IMG/VR virus record: IMGVR_UViG_3300009081_000011
DNA from: an uncultured virus (IMG/VR IMGVR_UViG_3300009081_000011)
Lineage: Duplodnaviria; Heunggongvirae; Uroviricota; Caudoviricetes
Length of the DNA: 64,000 nt
Reading direction: 5' to 3' (one strand)
Part shown: piece by piece, positions 1 to 8,634 of the stretch
Layout: each line of letters opens with the position of its first letter
Position numbering within the stretch: the first letter of the stretch is position 1
Notes under the pieces: generated by a model
What the model was told of the DNA's origin: nothing
The model's database searches: none
Seen by the model: the letters and a program-made list of their open reading frames with translations, nothing else
Program-made: the position numbers and the translations under genes

Positions 1-267
1 AGCAGCTCTGGCGTTGGTTGAAGAAAGAGCTCCCGGTGTGCGACGTCACCTTCGATGAACACGCTGTGCACGTGACCTGGAAGGTAGTCCCGTGAGCCGC
101 TCCAAGCGAGTTCGAAAGGTCAGGATGAAGGCGCGCCAAAAGCGGCGCTGCGAGGTGTTTCTCACGCTCGTGCGCAAGCGCATGGCCGAACGAGCAGAAT
201 CTGCCGGCGGGATACTCACAGGATTTACCGTAATTTTCGAAGGAGAAAAGAAGGGCGCAAGAGGACA

Positions 268-2055
268 ATGAGATCGTTTCGAATAGCTACTGGTTTGAAT
301 CTTCCACTCGACGCCGTCACGCAGAAAATCACGTGGCTAGGTCGAACAGGAAGCGGGAAGACCTTCGGTTGCAAACGCTTCGTCGAGCAGATGCTCCACG
401 CGAACGCGCAGGTCGTGATCCTCGACGGCTCCGGAGCATGGGCGGGTCTTCGGCTCGGAAAGAAGGCGTTCAAGATCCCCGTGTTCGGCGGACTCTACGG
501 CGACATTCCTCTCGAGCCGACGGGCGGTGCTCTCGTCGCCGATGTGATCGTCGACAAGCGAACGAGCGTGGTACTAGACGTGAGCCAGATGCGGGACGCC
601 GAGCGTACGCGGTTCGCAACGGCGTTCGCAGAGCGGTTCTTCTTTCGAAAGAAGAGCTCGCCGAGCGCTGTGCATCTGGTGCTCGAGGAATGTCAGGACT
701 TCGTCCCCGAGAATCAGCAACGCGGCGAAGAGCAGATGCTTCACGAGTTTCAGCGGCTCGCCAAGCAGGGGCGTCCTCACGGCATTGGGATGAGCTTCAT
801 CTCGCAACGTCCGCAAGAGATCTCGAAGAAGGCGTTGAACCAAGCCGAGTGTGTGTTTGCGTTTCAGATGAACGGACCGCATGAACGAAAAGCGCTCCAG
901 TACTGGCTCAATGACAAAGGGGCCGAAGAGAAGCTCGAGGATATCCTTCCGCGGCTCGAGGTAGGTGCGCCGCATGTGTGGAGTCCGCAATGGCTCAAGG
1001 TTTCGAAGGTTGTGCATATCCTACCGATCGAAAGCCTCGACACATCGAGGACGCCGAAGGTCGGAGAGAAGAAATTCAAACGGAAGGCGCTGAGGCCGAT
1101 CGATCTGAAAGGTCTCGAGAAGGAGATGGCTGCGACCATCGAGCGCTCGAAAGCTGAGGATCCGAAGGAACTCCGGAAAGCGATCGCCGAACGTGACCGG
1201 CGTATCCGTGAGCTAGAGAAAAGGAAGCCAGCGGTAGCGGCGACCGTTGTCACCAAAGGCATCGTGCTCAAGCCCTACGAGATGGTCTCCGATCGCCGAC
1301 ACATCGAAACGATTGTCGAGTCGGCGGAGTATCTCGAGGAAGGGCTCAACGTGTTTACGAAAGCACTCGAAGATGTTCGACGTCGAGCGAACGGAACGAT
1401 CGCACATGTGCGCCGATCTCGCGCTACCGGGCCCGCGGCGCTCACCAAGCGGCTAGAGAAAGCGCCGCCAATAAAAGCAACGGCATCGGGACCGCAGGGA
1501 AGCACAGATGCCGAGCGAGGCGAATTCATCACCCAGGCTAGGAACCAACCGAAAACGAACGGCATGGCGAATGGGGCCTCGAACGGCGCCGGAGCTACGA
1601 TAGGTGGCGGCCTTCGCCGCATGATGATCGCACTCGCGCAGAAGCCGGGACTCACAAACAAGCAACTCGGTGTGCGTGCCGGTCTTTCGTCGCGCTCGGG
1701 AACATTTTCGACGTACCTGTCGCGTGGGCGAACGGAAGGATGGATCTCATACGACGGTGACAGACGCAGTCTCACGGACGCTGGATTGCACGTACTCGGG
1801 AGCTACGATCCTCTTCCGGAGGGCGGTGACTTGCTTCGTTATTGGCTTGGAGAGCTCGGCGGAGGTGCTAACCGTATGCTCGAAGCTCTTTCTAAGGTGT
1901 ACCCTAGAAGTTTGACGAACGAAGAGCTTGGAGAGGCGGCGCAGATCAGCGCGAGAAGCGGAACGTTCTCGACGTACCTCTCGAGGCTTCGAACGTTGGA
2001 GCTCGTTGAAGGGCGTGGGGAGATTAAGCTTGCTGAGGAGCTCGTTGGGCCATGA
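268..2055 (+). CDS. HerA/FtsK-superfamily P-loop ATPase with coiled coil and two C-terminal winged-helix repeats
   Basis: Walker A GRTGSGKT, Walker B VHLVLEE, KQGRPHG and SQRPQ motifs; duplicated S(S/A)RSGTFSTYLSR segments at the C-terminus. Confidence 0.8.
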   Translation: MRSFRIATGLNLPLDAVTQKITWLGRTGSGKTFGCKRFVEQMLHANAQVVILDGSGAWAGLRLGKKAFKIPVFGGLYGDIPLEPTGGALVADVIVDKRTSVVLDVSQMRDAERTRFATAFAERFFFRKKSSPSAVHLVLEECQDFVPENQQRGEEQMLHEFQRLAKQGRPHGIGMSFISQRPQEISKKALNQAECVFAFQMNGPHERKALQYWLNDKGAEEKLEDILPRLEVGAPHVWSPQWLKVSKVVHILPIESLDTSRTPKVGEKKFKRKALRPIDLKGLEKEMAATIERSKAEDPKELRKAIAERDRRIRELEKRKPAVAATVVTKGIVLKPYEMVSDRRHIETIVESAEYLEEGLNVFTKALEDVRRRANGTIAHVRRSRATGPAALTKRLEKAPPIKATASGPQGSTDAERGEFITQARNQPKTNGMANGASNGAGATIGGGLRRMMIALAQKPGLTNKQLGVRAGLSSRSGTFSTYLSRGRTEGWISYDGDRRSLTDAGLHVLGSYDPLPEGGDLLRYWLGELGGGANRMLEALSKVYPRSLTNEELGEAAQISARSGTFSTYLSRLRTLELVEGRGEIKLAEELVGP

Positions 2056-2234
2056 GCACGTACAAACCGAAGTTGAGACGCCAATGCCTACACTGCGCAG
2101 CAAACGGCGTCCGAGCGTCTCTCCAAACAGTCACTACTGCACGCGGCGAGGTTCGGCGCTGTTGGCAGTGCGGCGGAGAGTACCAAGACGATGTGCGTGT
2201 TTGGCCGCCGCCGTGGATTGGTAGGTTGGCATGA
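2052..2234 (+). CDS. small zinc-ribbon protein
   Basis: CLHC...CWQC; ATGA overlaps with both neighbours. Confidence 0.55.
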   Translation: MSTYKPKLRRQCLHCAANGVRASLQTVTTARGEVRRCWQCGGEYQDDVRVWPPPWIGRLA

Positions 2235-2569
2235 GCAATACGATTCTGGATCTCCGCAAGGACACCGAGGCGCTCAAACAGCTCGCCGATCTCGAAGAGT
2301 TCGTTGACGTCCCGCCCGAACGTGGTGGCGTGTACTTCTCGGGGTGGGAGCGAAACTTCATCAAAGACGTGCGCCGGCAACACGACGACACGCTCGGGTT
2401 TACACCCGCGCAGCGCGCCAAGATCAAGGAAGTCTGGCAAGCGATCGATCTTCAGAAACGAGAGGGGCCCGACGAGAAGGCGCAGAACCTGTTCTCGAAT
2501 TTGCCTCCAAAACGACAGGAAGAGATGCGCGAGCGAGCGAAGAAGGTGAAGCTGCCGTGGGAACAGTAA
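2231..2569 (+). CDS. hypothetical protein
   Basis: 112-aa ORF coupled to the previous gene; FSGWERNFIKDV segment. Confidence 0.65.
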   Translation: MSNTILDLRKDTEALKQLADLEEFVDVPPERGGVYFSGWERNFIKDVRRQHDDTLGFTPAQRAKIKEVWQAIDLQKREGPDEKAQNLFSNLPPKRQEEMRERAKKVKLPWEQ

Positions 2570-2835
2570 AAGTTGGCGGCGATTGGGCGTACATCGATCA
2601 GCTTGATGGCATTTCGCTCAAGGACGGCGAACGCCTTCATGTGAAGTGGCCGGACGGCACAATCACCATAGAAACGTGCGCGATCGACAGGGATACGTTC
2701 ACGTACAACGAGATGGGCCACGAAGGCAAAGGCCCAAATCACAAGGCGTACTTAGCGATCTCGTACAAGGGTGTCGAGGTTCGATACTATCTCAGGCATA
2801 GCTCGTTGCTCGTGGGGCGCGTTGATTCCGAATGA
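2557..2835 (+). CDS. hypothetical protein
   Basis: 3' part of ORF 2344-2835; GTG at 2557 overlaps the end of the previous gene. Confidence 0.55.
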   Translation: MGTVKVGGDWAYIDQLDGISLKDGERLHVKWPDGTITIETCAIDRDTFTYNEMGHEGKGPNHKAYLAISYKGVEVRYYLRHSSLLVGRVDSE

Positions 2836-2836
2836 T

Positions 2837-4270
2837 TCAGGCGACCATCTTTGGGTAGGGCGCGTACGCGCCCCTGCGCGGCGCTGGCGCCGTCGCGATG
2901 GCGGTGGGAGGTTTCAAGGCCAGCTTCTTCTTGGGAACTGGAATCGACGCCACGTAGAGGATCTCAGCGTCTTTTGCCGCAGGGTACGCGCGAGCGACGG
3001 CGATCATGTTCGAGATCAGTTTCGGCGAGAGTCTGTTCGCGTGCGCTGCCAGTACGCTATCGCCGGTGACAGCGACGTAGAGCACCTCGGCGTCTGTCGC
3101 CTTGGGGTTCTTCCGTGCGACTGCGGCGAGATCCGCGACCAGGCGCGGGCTCGGCGTGAGCGGGGGCGGCGCCTTGAGCACCGGCGGGGGCCTTCTGACA
3201 GGCGGTGTCGATAGCTCCGTGTTCGATTCGATCGCGGCTTTCGCTGCGGCCACAGTGGCGGGATCCGATTTCAAGAGCTTCGCTGCTTCTGCAAGAGGCA
3301 ATTTGAGCAGCGCCGGGTTCTGGAATATGTCGGCGGCGACCTTCACCGCTGCTGGGGCAAGCGATGCCGTCGCGCGTACAAAAGCCTGCTGTACGCTTTG
3401 GCCTTGCACGACGGCGAGACCGACATCGAAAGCGCGTTTGGCCGCTTCGCTCGGTAGTGCCGCACGTGTTGCAGCAAGAGCCGCATCGCCGATGCTTTCC
3501 CCGTTTGCTATCGCCTTGCCCGCTGCGACCGCCGCGTCGAAAGCTGCCGCTGCAAGTGGGCCTCCCGGAAGCGCGTTCTTGACCCCCGCGGCCAAGGCGT
3601 CGGTGATGTTTTCTCCTCGAGCGAGTGCGCCGCCGGCAGCGATAGCGGCGTTGATCCCTTGTCCGATGACGGGCACGAACGAGATGACGACCTGAGCAAC
3701 GGCGAGCACGTCTCCGGCGACTTCGAGCACGTCTTCGAAGTCGAGACCTTTGCCGGGGCCGCCGTAATAACGAAACCCGTTTGTCTCACTAGACCAAAGT
3801 GCGCTGCCGCCGACGCCCCAGTAGATGACGAGGTTGCCGTCGTCTTGCGCCACGAGGTACGCACCCGGGTGCCCAGCAGTTTCCGAATTCCAAACGTCGC
3901 CTTCGTCTGGTTTGTAGAGAACGAAGTTGCCGTCCTTTTGCATTGCGGCCAGGTTTGTGCCGGGACGCACGCCGGTCCACCAAAGCGGCTGGCCGTCGCC
4001 GTAGAGAACGAAGTTACCGTCCGTTTGAAGGACCACCTTCACACGGCCGTTCTTCGATTGGATCCCTTGGTGCGTGGTTAGGTTTTGACCCGCTCCGAGC
4101 CTGTCACCGCGGTACGTGATCGGTGTAGGCGCTCCGAGACCGAACCCAACGACAGGCGAGTTGTTCAGAAGAACGATCGCCGCATGTCGAGGAGCAGCCG
4201 CGAGCCCAAGAGCTGGATACGGAGCGAGTCTCTTGCCGCGCAAAGGGGCACCGAGCCCGGCTTCGTACAT
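2837..4270 (-). CDS. bulb-type (B) mannose-binding lectin domain protein with Ala-rich helical region
   Basis: three QxDxNxVxY sites (QTDGNFVLY, QKDGNFVLY, QDDGNLVIY); start placed at MYEAGLG. Confidence 0.8.
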   Translation of the reverse strand: MYEAGLGAPLRGKRLAPYPALGLAAAPRHAAIVLLNNSPVVGFGLGAPTPITYRGDRLGAGQNLTTHQGIQSKNGRVKVVLQTDGNFVLYGDGQPLWWTGVRPGTNLAAMQKDGNFVLYKPDEGDVWNSETAGHPGAYLVAQDDGNLVIYWGVGGSALWSSETNGFRYYGGPGKGLDFEDVLEVAGDVLAVAQVVISFVPVIGQGINAAIAAGGALARGENITDALAAGVKNALPGGPLAAAAFDAAVAAGKAIANGESIGDAALAATRAALPSEAAKRAFDVGLAVVQGQSVQQAFVRATASLAPAAVKVAADIFQNPALLKLPLAEAAKLLKSDPATVAAAKAAIESNTELSTPPVRRPPPVLKAPPPLTPSPRLVADLAAVARKNPKATDAEVLYVAVTGDSVLAAHANRLSPKLISNMIAVARAYPAAKDAEILYVASIPVPKKKLALKPPTAIATAPAPRRGAYAPYPKMVA

Positions 4271-4338
4271 GACAAATGGAAGTGTACTCTCGATCGCCTC
4301 ACTCGAGGAAGCGCGAATTTGTTGAGATATTTCGAGCC

Positions 4339-4749
4339 TCAGCGTCCCATCGACACACCCGTCCATTCCTGGGCTTTTGCAAGCAACGTGACGCCATGGT
4401 GAAGCCCCCACGGTTTCACTGCTCCGCCGGGCTCATGATAGTGCTGCTCGATCCACGTTGCGTAAGTTTGACCGTTGGACGCTACAAACGGCGAGAGCGT
4501 TCCGTACTGCATCGATGTAAAGCCTGAAGTGTTTCGGAGCGCAACTGCGTGCGAAGTCAAGTCGGGTGCCGCTGCGATGTCGGCGTTTGTTACTCGTCTC
4601 CACCCGGAAGGGACGGGGAGTGAGACTCGGGTTTGTTCGCCGTATTGCGTGCTGATCGCTGGTGCGGAAGAACTGGCCTTCGCCTTTTTGGTGAGAATAA
4701 CTATCCCCACGGCAGCGGCGCCGGCAGCAACCCATGGTAGTGCGCTCAT
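4339..4749 (-). CDS. N-terminally anchored membrane protein with His/Trp motif
   Basis: N-terminal hydrophobic helix followed by KKAK; WIEQHYHEPGG..PWGLHHG. Confidence 0.6.
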   Translation of the reverse strand: MSALPWVAAGAAAVGIVILTKKAKASSSAPAISTQYGEQTRVSLPVPSGWRRVTNADIAAAPDLTSHAVALRNTSGFTSMQYGTLSPFVASNGQTYATWIEQHYHEPGGAVKPWGLHHGVTLLAKAQEWTGVSMGR

Positions 4750-5294
4750 CGGAAATCCAACGCCTTGTAGGCGCCGTAACCGGCAGCAGCGACGAGCGAC
4801 AAGAGCCCTATCGACGCGCCGACGACGTTGAGACGCGCGGATCCTGTCGGCGGAGAGACGCTCAGGCAGGACAACGCGTTATTTGCCAGTGAGATGCGTC
4901 TGTCGGTGTGGCACAACATCGGATCGCATCGTTCGAACTTGTTTTGAAATGCAACGGCCGCTTCCGACACGCTCGTTGCGCTCAAGAGATCTCTCAGACC
5001 GAGCTCTGGGTAGGCTTCGAGCTCGTACAAGAGAAACTCGAGCTGTATGTCGAGCGACCATGGGTCTCGTCCCGCGGCGAACGTGAGCAGGTTCTGCCAA
5101 CGCGGCGGCTGCCACATCGCGATGCCGCGACTGAGGCGCCCGTTTGTGTCCATCACCTCTAGCCGAGGGTTCAAGCTGGACTCGAACTGCAAGTTTCCGA
5201 TGATGCCGGCGGCTTGGGCGGAGTTGAGACCTCTACGAGTGAAAACGTCGTAGGCGCGCGACGCTTCTGACGAGCAGTCTTTGAGCTCAACCAC
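4746..5294 (-). CDS. phage tail-lysozyme-like muramidase with C-terminal TM anchor
   Basis: AAGIIGNLQFESSLNP, GIAMW, QLEFLLYEL, FQNKFER match the phage tail lysozyme family pattern; hydrophobic C-terminus; GTG at 5294 overlaps the upstream stop. Confidence 0.75.
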   Translation of the reverse strand: MVELKDCSSEASRAYDVFTRRGLNSAQAAGIIGNLQFESSLNPRLEVMDTNGRLSRGIAMWQPPRWQNLLTFAAGRDPWSLDIQLEFLLYELEAYPELGLRDLLSATSVSEAAVAFQNKFERCDPMLCHTDRRISLANNALSCLSVSPPTGSARLNVVGASIGLLSLVAAAGYGAYKALDFR

Positions 5295-5829
5295 GAAGCG
5301 CCTCGACGATCTGCTTCGCCCAAGGTTCGTAGTCTCGAGGGTGGAGGCCATCAGACGACAGCGGTGTCGTAGTTGCAGGTATCGTCTGAACCCCGAGCGT
5401 GGAGATCACGTCGCGCGATACCGTCTGCACGGCCGCGGGAGGTTCGATCCACACGGGTTTGGCGCCGATGGCCTGGATGCCGCGCACGATGCTCTGGTAG
5501 TACGTCGGATCCATCGTCGCACCGTCGTTGACGCCGAGCGATACGAGCACGACGTCGGGCTTGAACGCCGTAAGCCAGTCGCCGCACCGGTCGCACGCGG
5601 TGCGTACGCGGTTGGCCCATTGGCGCGTGGTGGTTCCGACGTGTCCTTCCCACTCGAAATCAGGCAACAGTTTCTCGAGCTCTTCCCCGAGCCCGATGGC
5701 GTAAGAGTCGCCGATGAGCGCGATGCGCTTCGCAGGCTTCGCCGAGCGCCCCTTGGACGCGATGAGGGCTACTGCGCCGAGCACAGCCCCGCCGATGGCG
5801 ACGGTTTTCCAAGGGAAAGGACGGGGCAC
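5287..5829 (-). CDS. SGNH/GDSL hydrolase with N-terminal TM
   Basis: IGDSY, SLGVND and DGLHP blocks. Confidence 0.8.
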   Translation of the reverse strand: MPRPFPWKTVAIGGAVLGAVALIASKGRSAKPAKRIALIGDSYAIGLGEELEKLLPDFEWEGHVGTTTRQWANRVRTACDRCGDWLTAFKPDVVLVSLGVNDGATMDPTYYQSIVRGIQAIGAKPVWIEPPAAVQTVSRDVISTLGVQTIPATTTPLSSDGLHPRDYEPWAKQIVEALRG

Positions 5830-5839
5830 GTCCTCGATT

Positions 5840-6379
5840 CTACACCACTCCGGACACGTTTTTGGTTGACAAATCCGTTTCGAGGAACGTTGTGGGTTTT
5901 CTGGCCTTTACGAGGATTCCTGGCGCCATCGGATCGTCGACGACTTCGAGCTCGTCCATGTCAGAAAAGATCTCGAGAGCGTCTTGTCGAGTGAATCTCC
6001 AGTAGTCGCCCGGGTGATCGTGTTGCGGGAATCCTGGTGAGCGTGTCGTGATGATCAGCAATCCGCCGGGGGCGAGCACGCGCTTCATGTTCGAGATTGC
6101 GCCTCTCCAGTCTTGGGCGTGCTCTAACATCTCGGTGCTCACGACGACGTCGAAGCTTTCGGAGCCGAAAGTGACAACGAGCTCAGAGGCGCCGCAGAGC
6201 TTGTCGACTTTTTTGCCAGGTCGTATGTCGACGCCGATGTAGCTCGCCGGCTTGAGCTCTTCCACTATTCCGCGCGTGGATCCATTCACGTCGAGTGAGC
6301 CGACCTCGAGTACTTTTCTACCTTCCACGTCTGCAATCGAGATGTGCGATTGAACGAAGTTGAACACCGATCCGTGCAT
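5840..6379 (-). CDS. class I SAM-dependent methyltransferase
   Basis: VLEVGSLDVNG, FDVVVSTEMLEH, LAPGG, HDHPGDYWRF. Confidence 0.85.
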   Translation of the reverse strand: MHGSVFNFVQSHISIADVEGRKVLEVGSLDVNGSTRGIVEELKPASYIGVDIRPGKKVDKLCGASELVVTFGSESFDVVVSTEMLEHAQDWRGAISNMKRVLAPGGLLIITTRSPGFPQHDHPGDYWRFTRQDALEIFSDMDELEVVDDPMAPGILVKARKPTTFLETDLSTKNVSGVV

Positions 6380-6939
6380 TAGGGCCTCCGAAACCAAAAA
6401 GACGGCCCCTCCCACCCGGGGCCGTAGACAGCGCTTGCTCTCGAGTACTCAGCCGTCGTTGCGTTGACGGTGATCCGTTTCTCCGCTGCGAATTCGTCGA
6501 CGGCCGACTTCACACCGCATCCGTCGTAGTAGTCGTGCCCGGCTATGATCCCTTTTCTCCTTAGCTTCGGGAACCAAGCGCGAAGATCTAGGGCCGCCGC
6601 ATCGTGACTGTGGTCGCCGTCGATGTAGATGAAATGAACGGAGCTGTCAGGCACCGATTCGGCAGCTACGTGCGAGTACTGCCTTACGATCTGCACGTTC
6701 TTGTGATTCGCGAATTTTGCCGAGACTTCTTTGAAACGCTGCTCTTGTTCGTCGTCCGTGATGTGGTTGCCTTCGAACGGCCCCCAGCAGTCAATGGCAA
6801 ATAGCTTCGGGCAATGGGGCCAAGTCGCAAGTATTTGCTCGGTGAAGTGCCCGCCGGCAACGCCGATTTCGACGACTGTGCCTCGTGGATTTTCTTTGGC
6901 CGCTAACTCTATGAGAGAAATGCGATCAGAGACGTTCAC
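6379..6939 (-). CDS. class I SAM methyltransferase (Methyltransf_24-like)
   Basis: VEIGVAGG, FIYIDGDHS, GIIAGHDY. Confidence 0.85.
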   Translation of the reverse strand: MNVSDRISLIELAAKENPRGTVVEIGVAGGHFTEQILATWPHCPKLFAIDCWGPFEGNHITDDEQEQRFKEVSAKFANHKNVQIVRQYSHVAAESVPDSSVHFIYIDGDHSHDAAALDLRAWFPKLRRKGIIAGHDYYDGCGVKSAVDEFAAEKRITVNATTAEYSRASAVYGPGWEGPSFWFRRP

Positions 6940-8032
6940 GTGTAATATCTCGCGTCTTCCCATGAGCATTTGAAAATCTCTACTTTCTCTTCGATTCGCT
7001 TTCCGTCCATGTCAGCGACGAGCGTGTTCAAGTTCCTTCCGATCTTGTACTCGGAAAGCACGAGCGACCTCGTGCGCGTGTGGTTGTGTAGATGCTCGCC
7101 TGGGGTGTTCCGGTAATAAGGGCCGCAGAGCAAGCACTCGCGGCACACCCACACGCCGTCGTTCTCACGAACGTCGATTTCCCCCACGTCTTTTCGTGCT
7201 TGCAAGTCGAATCTGTTCGGTTCGAGGACGTAGAGCGCAGCCGCGCAAGCGTTGCAAGGTTCGCGAAAGACGTAGTCTGGTAGTACGTTCGCTCGTCCCG
7301 AGTGTGCCCCGTACATGTGATGCAGTCGATACATCTTGTGGGCTACTCGACGCCCCCGAAGACCGGCGCGACGTGCACGGATGCAGAAGTCGATGTCCTC
7401 GTAGTGAACAGTGTTCGTGAACGTCTCCTCGCAACCGTTGAGGGACAGCCACTGGTCGCGAAAAATCATGACGTTGCCGTAGCAGTTCGAGGGCAGTAGC
7501 TGCTCCGGCTCGTCCACGTCGCTGTCCGGTCCCCATCTAGCGCCTGGAGTGTCGGATGAAAACGGCACGTTCTCCCATCGCACCTCGTCGCTGTCTGTGT
7601 TCCAAATCTGGGTGTTGTGATCAGTCTCGGCGTGAACGAATTCTGCTGACGGGGAGTCGCAGTTGTGGAACCTGAAGTCGACGTTGGTCGGGCTGTTCAA
7701 GCAAATTTCGGTGAAGTCAGGACGAACGAAGCGCCAACAAGACAAGCGAACTATCCGCGGCGATTCCGAGTAGCAGTAGCCGGCGTTGAAGACGGCGCAG
7801 TCTAGTTTTTTGGCGATGCGAAGGTTCGGTTGGTACGGAACGTGGATGATGTCGAGCCCGTAGTGCTCGGCGAGCTCTCTCGAGTACGCCTTGCGCTTGC
7901 TGTAGTGGCTGTCGACCAAGAGGACGTTAAAGTCTTTCGCTTTTTGCTCCGACAGACATCGAGCTGTGCTCGGAGCAGGTTGTCTCCCTCGTAGAAGAAC
8001 GAAGGTGTCATTGCGACGGTGAGAGGCTTCAT
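6936..8032 (-). pseudogene. GT-A glycosyltransferase (family 2-like) split by a single frameshift near 7958
   Basis: the N-terminus MKPLTVAM..LLRAQLD continues in another frame as CLSEQKAKDFNVLLVDSH; C-terminal NGCEE..YEDIDF motif. Confidence 0.65.
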
Positions 8033-8634
8033 AGTTTTCGAAACACCTTCCAGGTCTCGTGGTCTTCGATCATTTCGAATCCGCTTGCAGCGAGTATTTT
8101 TTGGGCTAGCAGGGTTGTAGGCCAGTCCGTATCGTCGAAGACCCAGTAGCCTCTAGATCGAATCTTCGGCACCCAAAGCTCGACCTCTTTGCACGAGATT
8201 TCCTCCGAGTGATTTGAATCCTGATGCAAGAGGTCGACCGTGCCGTCTTTGTAGTAATCGGCTACCTCGTGCGAGGCCATTCGAATCAAGTGCGCGTAGT
8301 GTACGAGATCTAGTTCGTAGAGTTTTTTCTGAGCGACTCGCGCGATAGATTCGTAGTCGAGTTTCGCCCACCACTCGTCGTTAGCGGGATCGTTGGTGCC
8401 CTCGAGCGCAGCGGCGGCCGTGAACGGATCGATACCGTCTACGCGGCCTATACCTTTCTCGCGCAGTCCGAGCGCTATTGCCACTAGCCCTCGTCCCCCG
8501 AACACTCCGAGCTCGATGCAAAGAGGGCTCTCGAACGCAAGCCGAGCCATCTTTTTGGCCTTCTCGGGCGTGCACCATCCCGGGATGTTCGGGATTTCGG
8601 CGTCTACGGTCGCGTCCAGCGCTTTCAAGTTCAT
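8029..8634 (-). CDS. class I SAM methyltransferase (Methyltransf_24-like)
   Basis: IELGVFGG, LLHQDSNH, GYWVFDD. Confidence 0.8.
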   Translation of the reverse strand: MNLKALDATVDAEIPNIPGWCTPEKAKKMARLAFESPLCIELGVFGGRGLVAIALGLREKGIGRVDGIDPFTAAAALEGTNDPANDEWWAKLDYESIARVAQKKLYELDLVHYAHLIRMASHEVADYYKDGTVDLLHQDSNHSEEISCKEVELWVPKIRSRGYWVFDDTDWPTTLLAQKILAASGFEMIEDHETWKVFRKL

